DNA of 64,000 bases from Lingula anatina (Eukaryota; Animalia; Brachiopoda), in the NCBI GenBank assembly GCA_051362555.1, contig CM120642.1, positions 18,476,001-18,540,000 of the forward strand. The letters are read 5' to 3'. The notes beneath the pieces were generated by a model, which had not been told where the DNA came from, did not search any database, and worked only from the letters and a program-made list of their open reading frames with translations. The stretch's first letter is position 1; every line of letters begins with the position of its first letter. Positions 48,577 to 60,754 of this stretch are shown here, one piece after another. A program made the translations under genes and the position numbers.

Positions 48577-51500
48577 AGTTTGGGCCATGATCATTTCTAA
48601 TTCTGGTACTTACCGCTCTATATATATTCCCTGTAACGCGGCTAAATATGCAAGATCCTGGACAAGGAACAGTTTCATTGATGCTTGTTGGGCTATCAGC
48701 ACATCTACTATCCATATGCTCCCGGTATATTAACTTCAGCACTGATATATCTTGATCAGACTCAAGGTACAGACAGGACACACAATCAACCGCAGAACCT
48801 GAAATCCCAAACGAAAACAAGTCAGAGAAGAATTTCATCAGCTGTGTAATGTTATAAGAATGAAGAATTTTTTTCTTCAGTCATCAGCTTAACATTGAAA
48901 TAGTTTGACCTCCAATATTTCGATGTCAAACAGAATTGAAAATGATTAAGGTGATTGACAGCGAACCAACAGAACATAACAGGAAAGTCCTTGAAGCCAT
49001 CTACATCAAGAAGACAGGGGCCAGTCTCAACAGAAATGATGGTACCATCCTCCTTGACCTCTACCTCCCTTTCCTAGGGCAAAATAGTGGGGGGGGGGGG
49101 GGGGGGGGGGGCAAGTATATCTCCTGAATAGAAGCTATTCACCTGGGCCCAGTTTCATAAAGGATGTTCAGCACTAACCAGTGTTTAAGTCTAACCAGTG
49201 GATAAATTCTCCTAACACCCGTTAACTAAACAACGGTTGAAATTGTGTTCATAAACAGTGTTTAAACAGCCGGTTAGTTAACTGACCTTTAAATATGTTA
49301 TCCAGTTAAACATTGGCCAGTGATGACGATATTCTATAAGACATCGAAATATTGGAGGCAAAAGTATTTCAATATTAACCTGTTGATTGAAGAAAAAATT
49401 ACTTCATTCAAATGAAAATATGAATTTAATTGTTATCTGAAGAGAGAATTATTTTCTCGGCATTTTGAAGTAAGAATTGCGGAAAATAATATTCTTTCTG
49501 CCTTAATGTTGTTAAGACTAAGATTTAACCTACATATACAAGAAGGGGCTTTGAACAATGCGCTTGCGAAAGCAATATATTCCTTTTATTCACGATATTT
49601 TAGGCCTTGAACAGTGACTCATATGTTTCTTTTCAGTTTTGTACAATTGGTAAACTTGCTGATGGATAAATATGAATCATGCGTACAAGAGCGAGACGAC
49701 AAGCAAGGGAAGAAATACTTAGGTGAATTGAAGTATTGTTTTATCACAGCTTATTCAAAATTTAAACTAACAAACTTGCAAAAGGAGGTAACATTGCATT
49801 GCTCCTCTGGTTTACTGTAATATCAGTTTCATTTCTTAACCTCATACATAACATGTGGTTATAATATTCAAACCGCATCATTCAAGATTGCCCGTCTTTG
49901 TGTTTGAGTGCTGTGCATAAAGTAATAATAATAATTATATTATATTATATTCCAGATACATAAAGGACCCTTCCGCATTTTCTTCATCGCCAAATCCAAA
50001 AGATAAATAATCAACATCACAACATACATTAGGGATTGGTGAAATAAAACAAGAGATGATATTCCAAGATAACAACATACAGTATAACTTTATTTCACCG
50101 TTTTAACTAAGTGCATTCTCTTGTATGTAAATTCCGGAGTCCTAAGTACTGTACCGCCATTTGTGCACATTTATGCACTCCTGTAATGTGGTTCTCGTTG
50201 CTTTATTACCCCTTTTTCGCGCGCGGAACATTTCCAGGGCATACCTAGCTCAAGGTGATATACTCAGTATCTGAATACTGGACGAGTCAATGAGGGGATT
50301 TCCATAATGATCTTCCCCAAGTAAAAGGAGGATAAAACGTTGCTAATAGGAGAGAAACACAGTAAAATAAAATAAATCAAAGAACAGGACATTATTTATC
50401 ATATCACTTTGGACTATGGTTTTGTACCAGAATTCACATGGATCGTATGAAATCTGTAAAAGAAAATTACCTTGAGCTAGAATGCAATACCTTATATATT
50501 GTATAATAGCGGTACAAAGTGTAAAGGGAATATACTGTACATCATTAGCAGCGATTTTTGAAAAATTAATATTAAAGAGTTAATTAATTAGTTAATATTA
50601 AATTTAGAGTTGGATGCGTTTTTTTTTTTTTTACTCACACTAATTCCCTTTATCCGCAACGAGGAAACGAAGCACCCTTACCTTTGTCAGCGCCTTAATA
50701 ACAAGAGCTTCAATCTATGCAGGCAGGTTTTTAGCAATCTTGCGGTCTTAAGACCAGTCATGGTAAAAGGGGCATGCATGTTGTCTGGGTTTTCGAGGTA
50801 ATTCTAACTTTCCTCAAGAAAAAGGCATTTTAGCCTACGAACCATTGATCGACCCGTCCCTGCACCAGGACTCGATATTCATACCAATATTAGATATCTT
50901 AGTTCTGAATACATGGCCAAACATTAAGATCTGCATTGTCTTAATACCAGAAATAAATATATCGACATCGGGCACTCATAACGAGTTTTATTATTTTAAG
51001 GTGGGATTGTACTTAAATAGGGCTGAAAATCACGTTTTTATAGATAAAATCAACAATGAGTCTTCACAGAAAAATCCCCAAGCCCCTTTTGTAGTATTTT
51101 GTTCACTTGTTTTAATGCCATTAAAAGCATGTTTATAGCTATCCAGGTGCCTGAGAAAATCATGAAACCGAAAATGATGTTTTTGCCCGAAAAATTCCAA
51201 TATTACGTCTCGGGAAGAAAAGGTAGCTGTGTTTCAAGCATAATTAGATGTTTTGAAGATCCATTAAATGAATGCAACAGGAATAAAGAAACTAGCACCT
51301 TTAATTTAAAATAAAATCTCCAACCTGCAGTCCAACCTTTAAGGTCTATATCGGGAAAGATAGGTATCTAGCTTTAACGGGATTTTTAGATATACGTGTA
51401 TTAACATGACTTTGGGAATAAAGCGGTTTTTAGTATACGTTTAATGGGGAAAACACATTCTCATGTCCATAAACTGCACTTGTTTTCGATTTTGCAGAGC

Positions 51501-52331
51501 GTTACGCTCGTATTCATACGAAGCTACAGCCACATTTTACAATGATTTATATCCATAAATGCCTGCAATACGAAGGAAGGGTCAGTACGCGAGGCACTAT
51601 TGTAATGCCAAAATGTGAGAATAGTACACAATGCAATGTGTTTAAAGTTTTTCAACAACCGTTTGCTTTTTGACCAACTTTAAACAGGTTTTTGGCGCCG
51701 TTTAGATCTTTGGTTCCTTATCAATGGCATACCAGATTATAATACTCATCAGTCAAATGCTTAAAGTAATTAGGTATCTATCCAACGCGACCAATTAATT
51801 GCAAAAGGACAGGACTCTTTTTAATCAGAGCGGTATTATTAGAATTTTATGGGAATGACTTCATTAGTTGTATCTCGACAATTCGATATTCCACACATAA
51901 GAGCTCGAGGTGGTAATTAATGCCATTCAAGATTACAGAAATTTAAATAAAAAGGTCTCGAAAACGTTTTTGAAAGGGGATTTGGAGAAATGAACCAAAC
52001 GGAACTGACACAAGGCAGAGAGAGGATGGAAGAGAAAAGGGATAGAGAACTAGATTTAGATAAATTTCATAAGATTTCACGATTCATAAACACCTTTGCA
52101 GTGATTGATAACAAGGTAGAACGATTGCTTTCTATAAATTAAGTTGGAAGTTAACCCAGTAAGTGTCTTATGCAAGATACGCCAACGGACTGAACATGCA
52201 TAACAACTAACAGCTCGGACGACGATCTTATTCTTAAGTAATGCAGAATTTTAAGAAAAATTATCAAGCGGGACCAACATGTACCTAGTTTTAATAGTAC
52301 AACTCACCTTCGATTTTTCACTCTCAGGCAT
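45271..52331 (-). CDS. Two-domain Ly6/uPAR (three-finger, quiver/sleepless-like) GPI-type protein, paralog B, about 356 aa
   Basis: Firm exons 48798-48614, 48089-47834, 46916-46702, 45597-45271 (phases 1,0,1,0); tentative leader exons 52331-52308 and 50534-50471 (MPESEKSK-YIPFTLCTAIIQYIRYCILAQG). CVSC...CPGSC...CACNSDSCN; CHEC...CAGSC...TCNKDGCN; hydrophobic tail VLALVIVTVLFWK. Confidence 0.78.
47080..47162. repeat. (ATATT)n pentanucleotide microsatellite
   Basis: Read directly. Confidence 0.92.
48303..48456. repeat. Three tandem copies of a 50-bp unit (intronic minisatellite)
   Basis: CGTCATAAAATATACATGTATACTGCACATGTACATCTATAGTATGCTGA at 48303 (plus 4 bp), 48357 and 48407. Confidence 0.88.
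48545..48574. repeat. (GATA)n microsatellite
   Basis: Read directly. Confidence 0.85.
48936..49080 (+). mobile_element. Penelope-like element 3' fragment (C-terminal to GIY-YIG endonuclease)
   Basis: KVIDSE....RKVLEAIYIK.....LNRNDG..L..LY..L matches the characteristic Penelope ORF terminus. Confidence 0.65.
49626..49797 (+). pseudogene. Inverted, transposed 172-bp fragment of the TTC22-TIR large exon
   Basis: Reverse complement of about 13737-13908 with five substitutions counted by eye; encodes FLFSFVQLVNLLMDKYE...LQKEVTL. Confidence 0.88.
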
Positions 52332-53609
52332 AGCGCTCCTTCTTCTGTTAAATGCTATGAGCATTGTTTTAATTTGTTAAAGTTCAAACACATATGAATA
52401 TTTTCAATAACCATCTGCGGGAATAGTTTTTGAAAACCCTTTTCAATAAAAAACACAGCTTCAACAATTCTAAAATTTCATTCAACCGCGTCTCAAAATA
52501 AAGGCTGTCAAAACACACTTACTTCCTTGCGATTCAAGCAAGACTAGAGACAGGATGATGAAAATCTTCATTTTTCTGTTGCAAATCTCCGTACAAATAA
52601 TCCGATGCTCAAACCTGCTTGAATATTGCTAATACAAAACAAATCTCGGTGCAGCGCGTCTAGCCCTTGCTTTCACTCCTTCTTCACTTCCACCAAGCTA
52701 CTGTAAAGACCTCCGCTAAGCTATACGGAATCAAAAAACAGTTTAACTCGGGTGAAGCACGCGTAATATGACACCAAGTAGCGGGAGCAAGTACGATTAG
52801 AAATATGGAGAGAACGTTGGCATTTCTGGGCTGTTTATGGACCATCAAATGACTGAAGGAGAGAAGCACAGGCGAGGGCGCGCAGTTATTTTCTAGTTAG
52901 ATTACCTTGGAATAAGTACACTGACTGGACTGACCATTTAGCCTGTTCAGTGGACTAGAGGAAAAGGGCCAGATTGTGAAACTTTAGGTGTCCCACCTCT
53001 TTATTAGTCCTATCAGTATAAAAACAATGATAATATCCAAAAATATGCAGAATGCGCATGTGCGTAAATAAGCTCTGGAGATAGTTGTCGCCATAAAATC
53101 TCGTTTGACTACGCCAAACTTTCCTTGCTAATTCACATTGCAATTAAGTCTTATTCGGGCGAGTTTCCAGTGACAACTGAATATCGGGGTAGGGTCATAC
53201 TGGACCTGGTTCCTCTAAATACAGTATCAGTATAGGTTTGCAACGGTCATGGATGGATTTTCATCATTTGTACATTTGTGTTTGTTTGTTTGTTAATCTA
53301 TTTATTATGAAGTTTTTTTTTCCGTAGATCAATGTGTAAACATCAGTATATGCCACATGTTCCTCTAGACCTACAACAATACACCACCCGTACCCTGTAC
53401 AGGAGATCTACGTACATTACCGTTAATAAACCCAATACAGCACACATATATTGTAAAAAAATAAAAACTGATAAAAATACATAAATGTACTTGCCACTTG
53501 AAAAGTGAAATATGAGAGAGAAATCTTTTCAGTTTGAAAGAATGCTTCCAAACTTTATAAAGAATAACAGAACACGTACAGCAGGTGCCGCGTAGGCCTC
53601 TGTACTTCG

Positions 53610-56600
53610 CTACCAATAAAAATTTGTTAAAACGACAAACACAGTCAACATCATAACCACCCGTGGATAAAAAGAGCAACTGCTGACCGCCGATGTCAAT
53701 GACACCCGACTAAAGTCATTACAACTGTGGCTGTCGCAGGTACAAATACTAGCCACGGCTCCAGTAAAAGTGAAATCATTGTCTTCCATCCTCTCAACTG
53801 GCAATAATTGTTTGACGACTGGCTCGCTGCCAGAAATATCTTGGCAGTGAGAAGACGGCGTTGTTTTGATACCGGTGCAATATCGGTTCACCAAGTAAAG
53901 ATCCGCGTTTTTGGTTCCTCCAAAATGTCGTGCTTTCTACAACATAAAAATATAGTTAAAAGGATGTGAAGTTGAAAAGGACGTGATTGTGACTCTGTGA
54001 TAAAATGTGAATCCCCATGACTTTACTGGTCCACTAATGAGGCACGTACACTGTAAATAATTTGAATGACCTTGAATTGCATAAAACAGGACCGGTTATA
54101 CTTTTACTACTGATATACTAGGCTGTAACAAAGGTACACTAAATAAGACGATTTCCCAATAATTAAAACCAATTTCATCAATCAAAATTTAAATAATTAG
54201 TTAATAAATTGACTATGGAATGAAAAGAAAATGTATGAAATACAAGAAAAAACAAAAAAACTGCGTAAAATGTTGTTACGGTCGGTCCTAGCTCTGCTGC
54301 GACGTGCCCATTAAATTATGAATTATTATGGGCGAAATTGGATTGCAGAGAACAAATATCCTTTATATGCATAAAAACTGACAAAATGGTTTCTCATATT
54401 TTATCAAAATATATCTCATGTAAATAACTGAATAAGTAAATTAATGAAAAAAAATATATATATAAGGAATAATAATAAAAATCTAAGGACAAGAATAAAA
54501 AGTAATGAATAAGCACATCAGATAACATGTTCTTACTGTTGTTAACTGTACTCTGATTTCCGTGCTCTCACACGCGCCGTTACACATGGAGGACGGCGTC
54601 GCGTGCGTTACTACCCTGCAATTCTCGTCGTGTCTCGTAGCGTTTCTCGAACCAAACTTTGCCTGCAAGTCTCTCTCCAAAACGGTGTCATCGGATGAAT
54701 ATTTCATCCATAAACAGTCATGGCATAAGCGGAGCTTTCCTGGAAGAGTTAATTATTCACACGTTACTCTTAATTTTCCCTGTTTTCCTTATTTACAAAC
54801 ATATTACCTAGTCTCTTACTAATATATATATATTAAAAGGAATTCTTTAACAATTATTTGTAGGCTGCTTTGTATTTCAAAAATCATGTTGAAGGACTCC
54901 TCTACAAGAGACACGATAAGCCATCTTAATGTAAAAAATATATGAGTAATATATTACCGAACACAATCTAGACCGTAGTTTACCTCTCTCTAACGTGTCC
55001 AATAATGTAGTGTCTTCATTGCACCTATCAGAGTTGCAGTAACAAACTTTACCAGTGCGTGCTGTGCCCTCTAAACCAATCATAAAGAGAACATTAAGAT
55101 ACTGTAGGACACTTGGCAATGCGTTTGCAGACAGCTGCTTGCATCCCGATCTGGCGCTTTTTATAGGATTGCAGGTTCGCAGAAAAAAGTGTACTTCCAT
55201 TGGTTCGGACTTCTGGAGCGAATTCATTTGGTCCTAGGAGAACGAAGAAAATAGCCGTAACCCCATTAACATTGTTCAAAGGCTGAAAAAAGCAATAACA
55301 GTGGAAATGATACAATTATACTCTGCATTTCTGGTATTTCACAATCATCAGTGGATATAGATTTGAAACACAAACAGAACAACAAAAAATCTCACCTAGC
55401 ACATTCATTTATACCGCATAGTAAGGTAATTGCCAGTTTTGTTGCAATGCAATACTTGACTTGGTAGCAGCCTGTGAAACCTGCTGTAAGCTAAATGTTC
55501 TTAGTTCAATGAATACATATAATGCAAGCTTACTGAGGGAGAGAAAGATTTTATCTTATATACTGCACGCTTTGAAAAACAACAGCTGTATATCAAAAAA
55601 TGTACACGAGTAACAGGCAGGGCAGGGGATACAGCTCCATTAAGCACACCAGCTGTTGGAATGCAGAATCCTGCAGCGTTTTCCACTTGAGATGCTAAAT
55701 TAACTGCTACTGCAGTAGTCTTTTGTATCCGTGAGGTTACCTACTCTTCGGCTGACTGTTTGGTCTGATAGATCTCAAGTCTGTATCCCACAAAGACAAT
55801 TAGAAATTTCATCACAACCTCACTTGAGTTCATTTACATTTTACCGGTACACCAAAAACAAAAAAGAATTCACAATTACACTGCGTAGAGAGTGCCCGCT
55901 AAAGTTAACGCACTCACCAGGCTCATGCAAACTTACATTTCATACATACAATACGGATCTGGGATTATTCGAAGGGGGGTGCGGGTATTTTTTTTAGTTT
56001 TAGGAATGAAAGGCCTCGGATGCAAAGCCGACCCTCTCCCCCATGGCGTGGGGTTAGGACCCGCACAAGCCCCCATCCCCACCCCCACCCCCACCCCCGA
56101 AAAATGTTGATGCTGGAGGGCAAACGGTGCTTTTTGGTGCGGATTAAGATTTTGATTCAGCTAGTCAAAATACTAAATTTAATTTTTTTCCAATTCGATA
56201 ACCAAAGGGGGGGGGGAGGACACCCCCCCTCCCCGCCACTGCATTTACATGTACCTGTCGGGCAATCCTCGCCGTAAACGTACTCTGTATACACGAGCCA
56301 TCGCATGACACGGTTCTGGCTACCTCGGTCGGGTTTCTGGCACAATCGGAGTCATACCAAGCCGCAAACTGTTTGTCTAACCGGTCCTTCGTCCCCATGT
56401 CCTTGCCGGTTATTTGGTAAGCAATGCAAGAGATACATTCCAAAGTCTCGACTGAAAAAAAAACCCTTAATATTTAGACACCAAATATATGGTTCTCCAA
56501 CAGCATGAGGAATCATGTTATTATGACCTCAAAAACATGCACTGTTGTTCGAAATATGTTTTTCAGTTGCTATGGCATGCGGTAACTGTCTGACATCACA

Positions 56601-57356
56601 CTCTTTGCACATTGCCTTAAGTACAATTATACCGTCACGGGCACTTGATTATACATATTAGCCACTCTTCTGTTTCAATACTATCATTTATTATTTTTAC
56701 GAGAATTATTAAAAATGGATTACTAGCTATAGCTTACTGTCTTACTTTATTGATCAAGTTACATCAAATAATTACAATTTTATTGGGACAGCAGAGAAAA
56801 AAATATGATGAACTACATGTACTTACATTTAAATGCAAACGAAATATACATGTATTTGTATAATTAGCCAAGATGCACGTTATTAATCCTTATTTGACCT
56901 TAATCATTTAACTTAAATTTTATAAAAAATTATTTTACATTATCAAGAAAACTAAAACATTCATTTGAACACCACTGCAGAAGCTCGATTAAAAGTTCTC
57001 CCGATTCAACATAGAACAAGTACATATATACCTAAGAACGAGCCACATGTAGCTTATTTTAGTGTGTTCCTAATATCAAACCACAAACACTCAAAACCTA
57101 AATGTTACATTCTCTTTTCCTCTCATGTCACCTTACTCAGGGTCAACATAGATGGTGGAGTAAGGAGCGTTAACAAAGTACATATATACATGTAACGATG
57201 AACATCCGCTTAGAACTTGCTGCAGAATCACTCTACGTGGAGTAAAAAGATCCACATTGTATCTAGTGGATTAACATCTTTTATCTCACCTGTGGACCAT
57301 GCAGTCGATGTAACAAGAACCACAAACGCAAACTGGTAGAGCAGATGACTATCCAT
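53610..57356 (-). CDS. Two-domain Ly6/uPAR (three-finger) GPI-type protein, paralog A, 347 aa
   Basis: Exons 57356-57290 (signal MDSHLLYQFAFVVLVTSTAWSTV), 56451-56255, 55233-54984, 54739-54537, 53936-53610 (1044 nt, GT-AG, phases 1,0,1,0). Each domain has 10 Cys: CISC...CDGSC...CYCNSDRCN and CHDC...CNGAC...CTCDSHSCN; hydrophobic C-terminus. Confidence 0.85.
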
Positions 57357-59989
57357 GTGAAATGCCCTCTTCTAAATTAAAGTTAGGTCTCAGTCAGTGA
57401 TATAGAGGTACGCGTAATGTTAAGAAATGGCCTATAGCTTCCTGGTAATAACTACCGCATTGCACACATAATACACACTACGTTTTAGGACACTTCACCA
57501 AAACCACATTACTTTCTCCATTATAGACCGACCTGCGAAGGTGCTGATTACATTAGCATTGGATCCCTATATACATGAGAACTTGACATCAATGTACATT
57601 AGCCGGCTTTCCACTAATAATATGCAGAGTTATATCGTCCCTAAAGAAAAAAATATTCACAGATGATTTAATGAAACCGCAAATAAAAATGCTGCATAGC
57701 ATTACCTCTGTGCAGCATTTTGTGGTGGAGGATATTTATATAATTATGATAATTAAATGAGCTATTCTTGTCCCCACGCCTCCCAAAACTGCATTTGGAT
57801 ACATATATTCGTGTGAAGTCAAAGTTAATTCAAAACGACACGGTCGAAGTGAAGGTTCATATTTGTATTGTTTATAGCGATCCACGTGGAAAAAATTATG
57901 TAGGTTTCTCACAGCGTGCTGGCCATATGCATCTTATTTAGGTATTCAGCAGAGCGGAATGAGAAAAATAACACACTGGACTAAAAATCACAACTAGCAC
58001 ATCCCCCTCTAGAGGAAACGTCTAAAGTCGTGGTGCTCCTTCTGGTTAATGTATAAAATGCTGTATAAACTGTTCCTTATAATGAAAATTTGCCTATGAT
58101 ATGGCTATCACAAAGTGAAAACACTCATACATAATGTAATAGTGGCATTTTATGACTCACAGTGTTTATCCATTGAAAATCATCAACCAATGAAGGTAAA
58201 AAATGTAATAAAACTCATTTTTGAGTAACAAGTTTTCCCCATATTGATATCATACATTTGTCCCCTGACAAAAGGGCAAACATGTGTATAGTTAAAATTT
58301 GTTATTCATAACATATGTTTTTTCTTAGAGCCTACCGCTCCTTTTTTGAAAACGAGGCCAAATCTAATATTTTCCTAAATAACCGTCTGGTGGCTCCCGG
58401 GCTGCATGTATTTGTCCTTGGCCGAAAATGGAACATCTTCACCTTAAGGGATTTGCATTCGCCATTAATTATCTCACGCTCTAAACTATCCATAATTGCT
58501 TCTTTGCTGTTTTGACGTATAAATTTCATAATATTTAAATTTTAAAATAATTATTTAGCGGCATATGACGTGGAAAATGGGGAGTGTTTGGGTCTATTGT
58601 TGTCATATAAAATCTCTACATTCTACCTACCACGACTTTTAAAGTTACCACCCTTCTTTTCAGACGAATATCCTGAAAACCAAGATGGCTATCACTAAAA
58701 GTGGTTTTTGCATATTGATGTCCCGACATAAGGTTACATTTAACGCACCCAAATTGTATTCTGCATTATGCTGATGTGTCATCTTTTGAAATAATTGGGT
58801 CAATTAAATATAAGGGACGTCCAGAATTATAATGAAATCAATAACCATAAAATTAAATATATTAACCAGCTCAAGCTAAACTTTGAATGATAACCCATGA
58901 CTGGAATTAATGCTCATCGTTTACAGACGTGCGATTATTTAAAAAATGTACAAAGAATGCCGTTGAAAAAGGCAGCACTAGTAGCAACGAGTTATATTAA
59001 TAAAGAAAACGCTTAGAATCTTGCGATACACAACAGCCGTCTGTATTAAAGGGACAAAAGATAGGATCTGAAACGCTTTCTTAGTGCATGGATTGCTTCT
59101 TTTTGAACTTATCTGAGAACAATTGCTATATTTAAAACATAGAATGGCACATAAATGGCCTTAATCAATACCAATGTACTCATACAGCTTTATTAAAATT
59201 AAATATTCATACGTATCACCTAGGTAATTTCGATGAGGACAATGTCCACCTTTAACGATTTTGATGCATGGTGCATTTATTATTAAAGGTCCAAGCTTTT
59301 ATATATAGCTTGGTTGTCATTGACCTGGAGGCGCACTTTCTACCAGACACCCAAATCTGACTGAAGGAACTTCATTCAACATTGTGGCTGCTAGAACAAG
59401 TGAGTGTGAGTGTCAGAGCTGTTGCTATGACAACAAATGGGTTGAGTTGATTTTTAATGCAAATTAGCCGTGACTCTTTGTCAAATTATCAGTTCACTAT
59501 CAGTTCCACTTCAAAGTTTGACATTGGTAGACCAATAAAGTAGGATGTATATATTTAATTCGGATTAAAGGCAAACCAGTTCGACCTCCTAAGGTTTCCT
59601 TTTTTCGTTAAATTACCTTCTAATAGCGTATCGACTTTTGAGATAAATTTGCCGTATACCAGTCAATATCATCATAACGTGATATAATCTCAACAATACA
59701 GTTGCGTCTCCGGCAATACAATGCATAACAAAAGTTGAGAAAATGTTTACTCCTGGTGTTATTGGATATTCGTTTTCCGATGTAATTGGTCCACACGACC
59801 AATAACGTGATCCACTTTTTATACATGTATTTTGGCAGAGCTGCTTAATCAATGTTCTTTTTGTGCCCAAACTAGTCCGATACTTCGACATCGCCACTGG
59901 GGGTTGTGAAAGAGAGCCGTGAATGACAGCAAGGGATATAGATATTTTATTCTAATTTTCCTTACTGATATATGTTTATAAGCTACGCA

Positions 59990-60323
59990 ATGGGGTCGCG
60001 GATAAAAACATCCGTAGTTCTGCTTTGTTTGCTGTCCATTCTTTTATGTAGAGGACATTCATATACCTGGGGATATTTCAAAAGTTCCAACGGCTCAAGA
60101 CTTACAAATGGAGTTTTCAGTGGCGCACAACCAACGACGTACAGCGTGCGCGACAAAGCGCATTGCACCGTTCTCTGTCTTCATCTCGGCATAGCGAGCT
60201 GTACATCTGTCAACTACCATAGCAGTAGTAAAACGTGTGAGATTAATGATAGAACAAAATACGATGACGCTGGAACAGTGTCTGTAGCGGATGAAGACTG
60301 GGAACACCTGGATGCAGACTTAG
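59990..60323 (+). CDS. First coding exon: signal peptide + PAN/Apple domain
   Basis: MGSRIKTSVVLLCLLSILLCRG leader; C-x3-C...C-x-SVNY-x6-CEIN...W PAN pattern; G|GTGAG donor, phase 1. Confidence 0.75.
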
Positions 60324-60713
60324 GTGAGCTGATTTTTATCTGTCTCTTACATGTACGTGCGACTTGATGAATCTTTTACTTTGTTTGGACGGTCTTAGCA
60401 GATACATCGGTGCGTCTCCGCTTGTGTACGGTCTTCCACTTAATTACGGTGGTTTTTTTAACATGTATGACCATGGGAAAAAGGCTTTTATAGTGTTGGG
60501 GAAATATAAAAGTGACTTTTTAACAAGTGCCATATACAAGTTTCAGAATTAACATATAGACTTTGATTTCTTGTTTTTAACTTTGCATGCATTTTAGTTA
60601 TGTTTTAAATTTGTTTACATATGTCTTTTAATATTCCTTTATTCCTACTTACTAATGGTTTTATTAAACTATGATGCAATGATTGTAATTATCCAACCCT
60701 CGGGTTGCAAGTT

Positions 60714-60716
<3 letters not shown>

Positions 60717-60753
<37 letters not shown>
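60717..60753. repeat. (AAT)n microsatellite
   Basis: Read directly. Confidence 0.85.
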
Positions 60754-60754
<1 letters not shown>

